From NCBI GenBank assembly GCA_030265395.1, contig JARFYF010000029.1, positions 25,365,799 through 25,429,798 of the forward strand: a stretch of 64,000 nucleotides of DNA, given 5' to 3'. Shown piece by piece: positions 1 to 13,200 of the stretch; the stretch's first letter is position 1; the number at the start of each line of letters is the position of its first letter. The translations under genes were made by a program, and so were the position numbers. Under the pieces are notes generated by a model. The model was not told the DNA's origin, made no database searches, and saw nothing but the letters and a program-made list of their open reading frames with translations. The stretch is from Rhina ancylostomus (lineage: Eukaryota).

Positions 1-1344
1 TTCAAAACTAATCCTAATGTCTTATTTCCCCCGTTGCTCTGTTTTTTCTTCTGTTTACACTTATATTTCATAATATAAAAAAACATATTAACAGCACAAA
101 ATAGCACTATCTTTATATTAATATTCATCATGAGTTCAACAGAGTAGGTGTCCTTAACTACATGAGTACACTATGCTATGTACTCTGCAATTGGGGTGTT
201 CATTCCTCTCTTTAACAGCTGAAAATATTACACAGCATGGGTATACCAGTGCCAAAATACTGATAGTCCTAAATTTCAATGTCTTGATACACCCACTGTC
301 ACCAGTGATAGAAGCTGTTAATAATAAGACTATGGCCTAGAAATTCTTTTGAATAGCACCACGTTTAAGCATACTACACGATCAGATTTTATCAGAAGAG
401 TGATTACATATTGCAGGCTTTGCAATGGTTACCAAATTGTTTACAGGTCCCCTGGGGCTTTGGCATGCTTCAACATGGAGGTGAACAGAAAGGCATACAC
501 AATATGTATTTGGACACCAGTTCCACAAAATTAATTTGAACTGTTCACCCCCACGTGTAAGCATGCCAAAGCTCCAGTGGACCTGTGAACAATTTGGTAA
601 CATGCAGTGAGACTTATTGGGAACCTGCTGGACCAGACTCAAGGACTTGGGGTCTGTTTCTCAGAACTGTCAACCAGCACTTTCCCTTTAAATACAAAGG
701 TGTAGATCTGTTTTGGAAATCCACTGCCATACCCCTGAAGGAAATGTTGAAAATACTAATGATCACTTTATTGTGGTTATACAGAGAGAGCTGAGTTCTA
801 ATTCTGACCATTCACGTTTGAACAAATTAATCAAAATTTAAACCTGGAAGTCCACTCAGAACAAATATCCAACGTCGTTTTTTTTAAGTTTGCTGAAAAG
901 TGCAACCAGCACAAAATGTAAAAATAATAGTTGATATAAGAATCAGTAAAACCTGAAGTTGCAGATACAGTATGAACATAATGTAAATCTGTGAGGATGA
1001 ATTTATTACAATGGAAAAGTGAAATTGTGGCATTGACATCCAAAGAAAATAATACAAAGTTATAAAGAATCAGTGAAAATATGTTTTAAGTATCTTATTT
1101 AAAATACAGTCTGAGCGGAATACTGAGCTAGAAATTCAGAATCCCGTAAGACCATGTACTGAAAATGGAGCTGCAAGGAGCATTCAGTGCCAGTTTATCC
1201 TCATGTCATTTGTGTATGACTTTTACACAAGTTGTTTGCAAAGACATACTTTGGAAGTATAATTCTTGATGTGAGCTCATAATAAACATGAGTGATTTCA
1301 AGAGTCTTGTGCACCTGATGAAGCTGATTACTGCTGATGGTGGC

Positions 1345-1460
1345 ACTTTTTAAATGGCTACTAAGATGACCACTAAGTATGTGGACCTAATATGAGCAAG
1401 TGGGATTAGGTAGGCAAAATGTTCGGCATGGATGTAGTGGGTGCCGTACAACTCTGACTA
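1345..1460 (+). mobile_element. CR1/HER1 LINE extreme 3' end fragment, decayed
   Basis: tatgtggacctaatatgagcaagtgggattagg...ggcatggatgtagtggg...caactctgact resembles the CR1 3' tail of the better-preserved copy at 22060-22200 (opposite strand). Confidence 0.6.
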
Positions 1461-1739
1461 AATCCAACTGCTGAAGTCATTACTGGGAGTTCTGACAAGA
1501 GAAATCGTAACAGAGGTTGGAGCTTCTCATAAACCTGAGTGGAAGATGTGGACCCCTTCAGGAAGTTGTATCCAGGAAGTTGCCAAGGGTAGACATAGAA
1601 TATGAGGAAGTGATCAGAAACAACAATGACAGAAGTATTTAAAAGAGAATTTGGTCCCAGACCTCAAGAAAGTTAATGATCACTTGAGCTTGGCCAGGGT
1701 TTGTGAAAACAGTAATACATGCACTATTAATCGCATACA

Positions 1740-2310
1740 TCAAGTCAAGTTGAATTGATTTGTCATGTGCTAGTATAGTAAGGTACGGGTATAATGAAAG
1801 ACCTGCTTAAAGCAGCATCACAGACACATAGGAACAGCCAACACACAGAATATAAATTATACATTAACTATTACAAGACAGTGAAGAGAAAGAGAAAAAA
1901 GACTGCAAAAAAAGACAATCAGAGACAAGTCCATGGTAGTGCAAGAGGTGGTCTGTAGTGATCCATTGCTGAGCAGGTCAGTTCAGGAACTTGATGATTG
2001 TAGGAAAGTAGCTGATTCTGAACCTGGCAGTGTAAGACTTCAGGCTTCTGTACCTCCTGCTTGATGGTAACAGTGAGAAGAGGCCATAACCCAGATGGCG
2101 GGGATCCCTGATGATAGATGTGGCCTTCTGCCTTTTCTCGACACTGTTAATGGTGGAGAGGGCCAAGCTTGTGATGGACTGGACTGTGTCCATTACTCTC
2201 TGCAGCCTCATATGTTTCTGTGCTTTGGAATTGCTATACCAGGCCATAATGCAACCAGTCAGGATGCTTTCAACAGTGCATCTGTAGAAGTTTGTTAGAG
2301 TATTTATGAC
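1740..2310 (-). mobile_element. Rex1/Babar-clade LINE, 5'-truncated 3' end
   Basis: ORF 1978..2247(-) encodes the typical C-terminus AWYSNS...LQRV...IIRDPRHLGYGLFSLLPSSRRYRSLKSYTARFRISYFPTIIKFLN, followed by a 3' UTR and a short tandem tail (caagtcaagt on +). Confidence 0.85.
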
Positions 2311-2809
2311 TTAGCACACCTCCAGTACTCAAATGCATATTTCATATCTTACGTGGACTTGCTGATATTCAGCTATGCCAGTCATATTATTTGTACACGT
2401 TGTAATGCAATCTTATTGCAGAAGGAGTTTGTATCTAGTGACCACATAATGAATTACCTGTCAGCTGGAATCAAGGGAGTGGTTCCATAGAAAGTGAGAT
2501 TGGGCATTCTCTCTGTCTCAGAAAGTTTGGTTGCACTTTCAGTGGACACAAGCTGTCGAGCATGCAAATTGAGCAGTTTGGGACCTTGTCCACCTCCCTA
2601 CTTGAGATTTCTGGGAGCATGGATAAGTCCAGCTCCAACCTTACATACAGCTTGGGGCAAGTCTGAAGGGTCTTCTTTATAATATGAGACTGGTGGCCAG
2701 ATCAGTGTTATAGCTCATGAACCCACCATGGAGCACTGCCTGATGTCCAAGGCCCTGCCATTACAGGCTGCTGACATTATGGCTCTGGATTTCATTGCTG
2801 AAAGGAACT

Positions 2810-3072
2810 TAAGAGAATAAGAAAGAGGAGCAGTAGACATTCAGCCCCTCTTGCCTGCTTCTCCATTCAATGGCTGATCTTTATGCCACTGCCACTAACT
2901 TAGTTCCTTTGAGTCCCTTGTTCTCAAAATCTATCACAATTCTCTTGAGTGCACTGACTGAACCTCCGCAACGCTCTTGGGTAATGAATTCCAAAGATTC
3001 TCTAATGTGTGAATATATTTGCACTGAATGGTCAACCCCTTATTCTGAGACTGACTTCTGGTTCTGGACACT
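2810..3072 (-). mobile_element. CR1 LINE 3' end fragment, decayed
   Basis: aataagaaagaggagcagtagacattcagcccctcttgcctgcttctccattcaatggctgatc matches the reverse-complemented elasmobranch CR1 tail; related copies at 12770 and 63130. Confidence 0.7.
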
Positions 3073-3439
3073 GCAGCCTGGCTAAATTGTCAAACTAGTC
3101 CTGGACACTGACTCTTTGACATTAAGACATCAAAGCCATTTTCAATTCCTCCATTCCTAGGAAGCAAACATCCAGCAGCCTGGCTAAATTGTGAGTGAGT
3201 GCTGGATAGATCAGCAAGCATAGGCATGTGTGAGATTGGCACTGAGAATGTTTATTCATTAGGTTTATGGTTTTTGTGTTGTTTTGCTGGATAAATATAT
3301 TTGGCACTTTGAATTACTTGGTGTTAGCTTTCATTATTATGTGGAAGGGACACTGAAAATCAGTAGCAGAATGGTGACTTCATGGGAACGACATCACAAT
3401 ATGAATTTGGTTTCCTCTTTATCCCTTGTCAGTTGAGAT

Positions 3440-3870
3440 TTGCCAGGAGATCAGTTTTTGTTCCTCATGCCTAATTGCCATTGGGATTGCAAGGAGCTGC
3501 CTTCCTCACTTGCTTGTGGTGAAGAATCTCTGACAATACTGTCATGGAGGATTTCCAATATAATGAATGAGTGAGCACAAAAGGAGGTGTGCTTTGGAGG
3601 CAACCTTACCTATGTTAAAGTACCCAGACAAATGCTGCCCTTACCTTTTCAGTTGCTTGTGCTTGGCATGCTTGTAAAATTCTGCCATTCAGTTGAAGAA
3701 ATGCACACAGTGCAGGCATTGCTTCAGTATTGAACTGTGCAGTGCAATGTAAGGATGGTCTGTGGACTTCGCATTTTCTTTGGAACTTCATTCATGGAGG
3801 CAAGTGGAGAACATTTACATCCTTGACTTGAAATTTACAGATGGTGAAACTACTTTATAAGTCAAGGATG
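3440..3870 (-). mobile_element. Old CR1/L2-group LINE 3' fragment
   Basis: cctaattgcca...gctgccttcct...tgctgccctt...ggcaagtggaga...cttgacttg...gatggtg; same tail family as 40570-40720. Confidence 0.45.
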
Positions 3871-3884
3871 AGTTCCTTCATAAT

Positions 3885-4222
3885 CTTCATAGTCATAGAA
3901 ATATTACACACTCTTCATAGTTTTAGAAATAAATGTACAGAAATAGGTCCTTCAGCCTAATGAGTCCACGCCAACCATCAACCAGCCATTTGCACTAATC
4001 CTACACTAATCCCATTTTATTCTCCGCCCATTCCTCCCCTCAACCCCTCAGATTTGATCATTCACCTGCACACTAGGGATAACTTACAGTGGCCAATTCA
4101 TATCTTTGCGATGTGGGAAGAAACCAGAGCACCTGGAGTAAACCCACATCATCACGGGGAAACTCCACGCAGGCAGCACCTGAAGTCAGGATTGAGCCCA
4201 GGTTGCTGGAGCTTGAGCCACA
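3885..4222 (-). mobile_element. HE1-like tRNA-derived V-SINE with CR1-type tail
   Basis: V-domain core atctttgcgatgtgggaagaaaccagagcacctggagtaaacccac; reverse-complemented B-box aggattgagcccagg; CR1-like tail acagaaataggtccttcagcc. Confidence 0.85.
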
Positions 4223-7200
4223 GTTTTCTTCTGTGTGCATCATTCTTCATTTTCCTATTACTCCTGTTGCTCTTCTTCCTCTGTGGCAAACGGAAGCTGT
4301 GCTGTTATTATGGAAATCAAGTGACTTGCAATACCTGAAAAGTACTGCATGTCATTGGCTAGGTGCTCCAGACTGTGGGGTTTTATTTAATTGACCCAGT
4401 GACGTTCTTCATTACATTTCTGGGGTTCTATGACTCGAGTTGTAATTGTGATCCCTACCACATCTGGGAGCTCAGAATGGAATAAAGATCCATGACAAAA
4501 TCCATACGTCTGTCCAGCACGACAGGTGAAATTTAGAGGCCACTGCAGACAGCATCAGGATAAGTGAGTCAAGTGATCTTTCTTGGTTCACAGAATTGAA
4601 CATGAAATATTTTATGGTCTCACACATAGAGAATATGGAATTCTGTGATTGATGAAGTGCTCCAGCTTCATATGTGGAGTAAAGAGTGCCATAAGCAAGG
4701 AAGTTTTTCACTCTTTCAACCTATGGGAAACCTGAAATCCTGGAAAATTCATATTCCCGCAATGCCTGCTGGTTTCTATTTATGATTAAGGAGATATATT
4801 TCTCAGTCAGCTGAGATCATCCATGGTGGTGAACTGCAACATAAATCAGCCACCATTGTTTGAAGTGTTCTGGAGGTTAGGAAGTCCTGGTTTTGGTGCT
4901 GGGCTGAAGACTAGTCCACAGACAGTGACAGGTTCCTGTCACCAATGGCTTAGTTTCCCAAACCATTTCTCCTGAGACTATTGGAATCAGTAATTTCTAT
5001 TCTTCTGTTTCTGTGCCCCAAATGCAACCCCGTCCTCATTTACACCGAGTCTTTCTGGCCCTCTCCCTTTGGCATGTTGCCCTTACTTTGGGCCTTCTCC
5101 TTCTGCTCACTGGGACCACTACATAAAGTATCCCTCATATTGTATCAAGAAAAGACTGCTGCAGCCTTAGTACTCACACGAGACTCACAACTGTTGAGTT
5201 CAACTCCATTAAGTGCAATAAGCTCTGCTCCATCTAATCTCCTTTTTTAAAAAAAACTGCAAGTAGATGATGATCCCTTCAAATAGTTCAGGCTTGGGGG
5301 CTGAACTGTTAGTTTATTGTATCTTAGAAAATGGAGACAATTATTTTTGAAAAAGTGAAGTAAAACAAGTACTGAAGTAATCACTGGAGAGAGAATTGTG
5401 AAATCAGTCTTCCACAATGCCTGTGCTACTTTAAGGTGACAGAGGAAACACCTGCTTTAATGTATGTGTGATCAGCACAGGTTGTTGTTTGCATGCCTGT
5501 GAATCAACTTCATGGTGGAAGGGCTGCCAATTAGACACCATATATGGCATTGACATTACTGATGCATGCTCCTTGTGCCTCATGCAAGTGGGGGTCACCC
5601 ATAAGTAAGGATACGATCAAAAGTCTCATCATGTGCCGTGTGCAATCAATTCAATCACCAGCACATTAAAAAAATAACATGTGTTCCACAAATACATTTC
5701 TAGGTCCAGCTGTCCTTAAGTATTCTAACCTTTAGCACATACAATAATATTCTGCAACATTTTTTCAAAATTATCTGACTTACTGTGCAATTTATGTTTG
5801 TTGAAGGAGTTCCCTGCTATTATAAGTCTTGTGAGTCCCTTATGTGCTATATAATAGCAAAACATTAGTCAACCATTTATAAGAGTGTGAGGGAGTTAAG
5901 AAAGTGTGCTTTGAAGAGCAAAGAACTCAATTAATGTATGTTTATAAAATATGTGTAAATTGCTGCTATGTTTAAAAGGAACTCCTTCTCTCCCAGTCCA
6001 TTACACAACTTTAAAATTGTCTCATTACTTCCAAGCTACGTTTACAGTTAAAAAAATACTTCTAGATATTGAAAGGAGATGTTGCCAATTACCAAAATAT
6101 GTAATACGAGTCACGTGGCTGTGGCTTCAGATTTGGGCACTGTTATTATTGATTTGAGTGATGTTCTCAAAAGAAAATGTTGATTCTTATTGTTCATTTA
6201 GTGGTGGTATGGCTTTCTTGTGCTTTCTTAAAGTGGAATTAGTGTTGTGGGAGATAATACTGATTTCACTGTTTTCTTTCTAGTGATCACTTTAGTCCAT
6301 CAGTTTTACTTTGCTTTTTCAAAAAAAGTTGTTTCATATTGATAACACACAATAAGATAGTAGTCCAGCTTCCTTCCCCGTTCTACATGTTTTAAATATT
6401 TTGCATATACAATGTGCAGTGAATGTGAATAATCATTCATGCTGTGCTTTCAAAATCTGCCTGCTTTATTCTTTATCTTGTGAGAGTCATCAACATCATG
6501 TGTCACATTTTCCATTCGTATTATCTTTTTAGTTAATGTTCAATAAGAAGTGTAACCTCGGCTGTTTGTTCATAACACATCTGGTTCAGCAGTTGTTTAC
6601 TATAGCTAAAGCGGCAGTCAGGTCCTGTGTAGCCACTTGCATATTTATTTTCTTTGTTTCCTGTACATTCTCATCTACACCTGGCAAGTGATGGACAATG
6701 AAGCTTGTGTTAAAGGGTGGCCATTTATATTGAGTATTTTTTTAAAAAAAGTTTCCATTTATTATTGCAACCTCTGGATTTTATCTATAGTTGTATGGTA
6801 GAATTATTCATGTGATAATGCAAGAAATTTTATTTGCTTCTGATTTTATTAACCTAATAATCAAAACGAGTAGTGCACTTTATCACTTATGCATTTTGCG
6901 TGTGAACTGAGTCTGTTCTAACTAGCAGAAGACCAATGCAGTCGAGATTTGGTTGTGTATGTGTTTCAGATAGCAGTGTACTTTTTTTCAAAATAGAGGT
7001 AATGTGGAGCTTTTTCTTCACATTGCTATGTTATTCATAAAGGCCTTTGGGAGATAAAAATGTGACCTCAAGAATAACTGGAATGTAGGTGCTAGATCTT
7101 CTGGTTATGTTTTTGAAACCATTGTAGCTATTTATTTATTATAAGGATTTCAACAGATCTTAGCAGGACATCTCTTTGCTGTTCTTAAANNNNNNNNNNN

Positions 7201-8660
7201 NNNNNNNNNNNNNNNNNNNNNNNNNNNNNNNNNNNNNNNNNNNNNNNNNNNNNNNNNNNNNNNNNNNNNNNNNNNNNNNNNNNNNNNNNNNNNNNNNNNN
7301 NNNNNNNNNNNNNNNNNNNNNNNNNNNNNNNNNNNNNNNNNNNNNNNNNNNNNNNNNNNNNNNNNNNNNNNNNNNNNNNNNNNNNNNNNNNNNNNNNNNN
7401 NNNNNNNNNNNNNNNNNNNNNNNNNNNNNNNNNNNNNNNNCCGAAGAAGGACAGTATTAAATGTTTTAAATGTCACAAAAATAAATGAATATCAGCCAGT
7501 AGATTTAAAACCAGCCAATATCTGTGATGTTTTCTGCAAGGGCTTTTTTCTTTAAATGCCTTTGAGGCAAAATTTTATTTAGTCACCCAAAAAGGAATCC
7601 CATTGCTCTATTTATCACAGGCTGATGCTATATGATTTGTAACTCCCTTACAAAATTTTAATTTAGTATGATTAGCTGTGCATCATTAAACAACAGTCTT
7701 TCATAAAGAATGCTGTAAAATACTGACAGAATCAAGATACTGAATATTTTAAATAAGCTATAGTCCCACACAATTGTCGAAGCTGGATAATACTGCATGA
7801 AACACAGAGTATGAACTTGTGCTTTCAGTTTGAGGTGTTTTTAAATAGAAAGACTAAAATCATAACAATGAATGTGTTTTTATTTTTATCATGTAATTTC
7901 CCTCAACGTAAAGTATTTTGCTGATCAGAAAAGTATAAGGTAAGTACATTTACTGAAAATGTAATAATGGTTATCTTATAAATACTTTTTAAAAAAAAGC
8001 AAGGCATTTATTTAAGGCATTTATTTGTTGGAAGACTGTACCATGCTTTTCCCTTCTGTTCTGGGACTGCCTCTGTAATTGGCAGAATGGGACCATCTTG
8101 ATAATGGAAGTGTAAAGGTGTAATGAGAGTGTTNNNNNNNNNNNNNNNNNNNNNNNNNNNNNNNNNNNNNNNNNNNNNNNNNNNNNNNNNNNNNNNNNNN
8201 NNNNNNNNNNNNNNNNNNNNNNNNNNNNNNNNNNNNNNNNNNNNNNNNNNNNNNNNNNNNNNNNNNNNNNNNNNNNNNNNNNNNNNNNNNNNNNNNNNNN
8301 NNNNNNNNNNNNNNNNNNNNNNNNNNNNNNNNNNNNNNNNNNNNNNNNNNNNNNNNNNNNNTTCTTATTTTATATTTCATCACATTTTTCTTATTAACGA
8401 TCAGAAAAGCTTTTTTCCCCATAGGATTATAAGATGTATTTTGAGTGCTTTCAGTGATTCTAATCTATAGTGCTGAAAACAATTTTCACATTCATTATAC
8501 TCCAGTATTCAGACATTCTTCTAGCTGACTGTAGTAGCATGACATTTTATTATGATAATGCATTTTCATTGATAGGTATCTACCTACTTAATTTGAAATA
8601 AAGTAATTCTAATCGGCTTTGTTATTTATTAATCTTCAGTATTTTCTTGGGCACTTCAGT

Positions 8661-8692
8661 TGTAATATGTTATTTTCCACCAGAGGGCCACA
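8661..8692 (+). promoter_or_regulatory. Candidate CTCF binding site with upstream module
   Basis: Core TCCACCAGAGGGCCAC at 8676-8691, preceded by TGTAATA at 8661, similar to the TGCAGTA/TGCAATA upstream motif at plausible spacing. Confidence 0.5.
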
Positions 8693-8955
8693 TTATTTGA
8701 TTTCTCACCTCCTTGCAACATAAACTGAAAGTGTTTGTTCTGAAGTAAAGAAGATTCACTGTTGTGTTGCCTTGCAAAATTATTTTAAATGAAGGAACAG
8801 AGTCGATTTTAATGGTGGGCAAGTTTCAGAGAATGGTGGATGTGGGAGTACATGCAAGAGGAGGAGAGATTCTGAAATCCATCTACTAGATTGAGTTACA
8901 GGCCAGAGAACATTGAAGTCTCAGCTGTCATTTAAGTGCTGCCATTCGTACGTAC

Positions 8956-9120
8956 CTTTGGGCAAGAAAAGGAGCCAGCAACTGCTAAAGAGGAAAGAGT
9001 AGATTGCCCCTGCCAGGTGCAGGGCTTGTCTAACAGTGGCATAGATGGAACATGAGGAGAGCTTGGCAGGAAGGATGAAGAGGAATCTGAGGTGGATAGA
9101 TCTTGACTGTCCTCATAGGC
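8956..9120 (-). other. Candidate 165-bp internal exon of unknown gene (phase 0/0, open frame)
   Basis: Minus strand reads gacttgtttcttcag|GCCTATGAG...CCCAAAG|gtacgt; 55 codons AYEDSQDLSTSDSSSSFLPSSPHVPSMPLLDKPCTWQGQSTLSSLAVAGSFSCPK; the other two frames contain stops; product not recognised. Confidence 0.25.
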
Positions 9121-12100
9121 CTGAAGAAACAAGTCTGCTTCTCCTGGTTCCACAAAGGAAATGCAGAGATCTTCTGATCCGTTTGAGATTGAAATGAAAC
9201 CATTGCAATCTCCCTGCTCAAACTCCTAATTAAAGTACAATCAAGGCCCTGTTGACATACTGAACACAAGTGTTCATAAATTCATGTGGTTGCCCACCCA
9301 CCCCCTCCTATTCTTGGGTGGATTCTTTATGCAGCTGCAGGACTATGCAGACTGAAATTGGAATTGCAGAAAACAGTACCAAGCAAATAACCAAACTATT
9401 GGTTTCTTACTGCCCAATCTCCTTCCAAGTGGGTAAGGTTAAAATTGGTTCCAACATGTTCTATGAGAGTTAAAATAATTATTTGCTTTAATTCATTTTG
9501 GTAAAATGAATAAAGTTATCATTCAAAAGATAATGACCACAGGGACCTGTAATATTTAAGTTTTCAGCAATGCACAATACAACTGAATTGCTGCATATTT
9601 ACTTAAATTCTTCCAACCTAAAAGGAAATATAGACAAAAATTATAAGTTATGCAGCATAAAGCATATTAGACAAAATATTTTTGTTTGTAGTATTCTGGA
9701 TTCTAGATATATTTACTGTGTGGATTCTACAATAGTCAGTTGAAATTAAATGGTGCTTAATTGTTGTGACGACATGGCAAACCCTGAATTCTCCTTTCCA
9801 TTACAAAGACAGATAAAAATTATTTCTTGAAGCAGGTTAGTGTATTTGGAACATATATAACCAAGAAAAAGGGCCCCTATTGGGTGCAACAGAAATTTAG
9901 GTGAAAAATTCAAATGTTAGGTGTCTTTTTGAGTCCCATCATTATAGTACAGTCTTGATTGGATAGATATTTGCATGTGTCAAGTTTCCCCAATATTCTG
10001 CCATTCATTCATAATGATTATACAGTTATCTTTTTGAAAATGTAATATATTTTGGTATGTAGTTCACAGCATTTATCAGGTTTTAATTCACTATAATTTA
10101 ATATTTAGTTGTAAATGACATATATAATAGATCAGACTAGTTTAGATTGAGTGGGACATCTTGGAAATTTTAGCTATTACTTTTTTTCAGATTTTCTGTG
10201 GTGATAATCAATTATTGTTACAAAGATCTCAATGCAATCTACAAACTAATAGGAACACTTCATCCTATGGTATTTATATCTTGACTGATGGAAGTGAAAC
10301 GGTTGTGTAGATTGTTTCTGCTACATTCGAAGAAAGTGAAGCGAAAGGCAAATTATCTGTATAAATTTATTTAATAATAAGGTATCACTGATATTGATTA
10401 TGTGAACTCCTGTGTTGTACTTACCATATTTTTGACATGATAATGTCTTTCATTTCAAAACACTTGGTTATTTTTCCAGTTTTGGTCAATAAAAGGTGCA
10501 TGGCATTAAAAGGACTTGCTCATAGAAGAGACAACAAAATCAACACAATTTTATATGTTCTAAGTTGCAAGCTATGTTTCAATTTTGCTATGATGCTCCA
10601 GCGTAAGAAGTGATCTAGGGCCATGTGCCACACATAAGGTGAGGAAATGTACTTAAGGCTGACTAGTTTGATTTTCAGCTTGTTACTCTGCAAAATAAAA
10701 TATCCTGCTACTGAATATAGATAGGTTAGTTGATCTGACCAGATTAGCAGAATGTCACTTCAGTACAAAGGACATTATGCCTACATTCTGAATGGAAAGG
10801 TGAAGCAATAATTGGGTAGGTTATAATTTGATAAATTAGTTGGTTTGACAGAAAAAAATAACTGTCTAGTGCATAAACGTAAGTAAAACTGCACTCTCCA
10901 AATTAAAACTTTTTTATCTATTATAATCACAATCATTATAAAAAGGTGGGAAAAGTTTAATTCAAGTCAAAAATCATTCATGTTTGGTTGCAATCACAAA
11001 ATAGTGAAATTGCAGACCTTTTACTCATAGGAAAGATTAGTACTACTGAAAAAAGAAACATACATTTGTGTCACTTGAAAACAAAGTGGCACATTGATGT
11101 GATGGTATTAGGCTTAATGCCTGAAAGAAAACTGTCTATAAGTAATTAGAATATTTCTATTTCAAGGAAAACAATGAAACCGTTACTTAATGCACTTTCC
11201 TTGTTTCATCTTTTAAGTGTTTCAAAATGCCACTTTGTCAGCAGATTTATGTAGCCTTCCTGGAGGTTGGGTAGATGCACAGCTATAACATGAAACACAG
11301 TCTGTTTTGATGAATTTGCACATGCGTGTTACCTGAATTAGTTGTTGTAAAATATTTACAGAACAGTCTGAAATCACTTTGAACCAAAGTATTTGTGTTC
11401 ACATGTGAACAGTGATCACGACCTTGAGAAAATAATATAAAAGATCCTGGTTATCAGTTTAGACAGCTAGGTTAAAAGGAATAAGGGAAAAAGTCTCTTC
11501 TTTCTAATGCCCTTCACTTGGCATCTACACCCACCACCTGAGTTTTATTCAAAATCATGACAAGACCACTCTGCCGTGCATTGTTCAGTCTTGTGAAGAA
11601 ACCCATGTCTGACTTGCCTCTGTTTCACATTTCATTTCCTACTTTTATAAGATCCAACTAATATTTCTGTTTTTGAAACTTTAAGTATGTTTATGCGTTG
11701 CCTCAATATCAGACCCTACTTCCATTCCCTAATATAGTCAACCATACTGGAGAACCAGGAAAACGACATCCATTTTTTCAACTAATTTTATATTGTGGCA
11801 GAAATGTTTTTGTCAAATGTACATTTTGTGCTAATTAACATTTTTTTCCCTGTTGATGAAAATAAACTGGCTTATATGTGAAAGGTCTTCTAATAGTGAA
11901 ATAGTTCCCACACAAAAGAAAACAAAGATATGCAAAAATGTCAGATGAAAAGGGTCAGAAGTTAAATCTACCCTTGTACATTCAAGAGGCTCCTTTCTGA
12001 AACAGTGCCAGACCTCCTGCCCCCTACACCATTCACAGGTGCCATGTCATAGCTATGAAAAAGCAAAATATACCAAAAGCTCACAGCTAATTAGGAGGAA

Positions 12101-12764
12101 CAAAAGAATGAAGAATTCATCTTTAATCCTTTTAGATGATTGATACTAACCCAGGAGGCCACATTGACAAAGGCATATCTCTGGTATAAGATGATCACTA
12201 CCTTAATTAGAAAGTGGTGTATTTCTCTCATGAAGGTATACAGCACAAGATAGTAACTTTATTTATATTAGGCCTGGAAAGATACTTCTCCCAGTTCTGC
12301 AAAATAATTTAATACTTGCCTGCTGAGCTCCTCCTTGGCTGATCCAGTAGCTGATATTGAGTGGAACATGCACAGTAGGTACTCTGTAGTCCTGTACATT
12401 AATTTGTATTTTTAAAGGATCTTCTCCTCACTCAAGTGGACACCCCAGCTATTTAATGGTAAGCCTCAGAAAGGATGGAATGGGCACATTATTAGCAAGA
12501 AAAGACTGGAAGTCATTCGTCACGATTTTCTCTGTCCATCCACCCTGTCTCAATTGGGTGTGAAGTTTCAAATTATCAAACAATAAAAGAAGTTCCAGAG
12601 TGCTGTAGTCTGCCACATACAGTCCCAAAGTTTTCTTGGAAGCTAGCAGAAAGTTTGAGCATTTGTCTTTCTAGAGCTACCTTCTAGCCTTAGTTAATAC
12701 TGCTGAGCTGTTGAAATGGATACCTGACTTAGTTTGAAGAGCCATGCTTAAGAACATTATAACA

Positions 12765-12932
12765 ACATACAAATTAGGAACAGGAAACAGCCACTAAACA
12801 CTTTGAGACTGCTAAGCCATTTGATATGATCATGGTGGATTTGATCTTTGCTTCATTTCCACTCTCCTCCCTGTTCCTTGTAACCCTTGACAACCCTAGT
12901 GACCCAAAATCCACCTCTGCTTTGAATATATT
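12765..12932 (-). mobile_element. CR1 LINE 3' end fragment
   Basis: aattaggaacaggaaacagccact...gccatttgatatgatcatggtggat...taacccttga...ttgaatatattt matches the reverse-complemented CR1 tail. Confidence 0.7.
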
Positions 12933-12974
12933 TAGATATACATATTTATTATGTTTGCAAATCATCTACATCAA

Positions 12975-13200
12975 AATCATATTGGAAATTATTCTTGGTT
13001 CCTTTCTATTTTGCATCTTCATTAATGACCTGACAGATGGCATCAAAGTGAAATTGTTCTCTTTGTTGGCAACACCACCCTCTAGAGAGTAGTTTAGTTT
13101 TTAAATAAAACCAAACAGCATCTAAATCATTGCAGGTGAAGTAGACAAAGTTAGACAGTGGGTGGATAAATGATGCGCATTTTTGGTGCTGACAAGATCC
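12975..13200 (+). mobile_element. Decayed CR1/L2-type reverse transcriptase fragment
   Basis: ILGSFLFCIFINDLTDGIKVKLFSL resembles the RT motif (V/I)LGPLLFLIFINDL..GI..KISLFADD. Confidence 0.6.

Noticed and set aside
5538-5547. Perfect CArG box ccatatatgg
   Set aside because: Several such 10-mers are expected by chance at this base composition, and there is no supporting context.
11396-11419. Perfect 16-bp palindrome tgttcacatgtgaaca followed by gtgatcac; similar short hairpins at about 4925, 19549 and 33367
   Set aside because: One or a few palindromes of this size are expected by chance in about 60 kb of AT-rich DNA.
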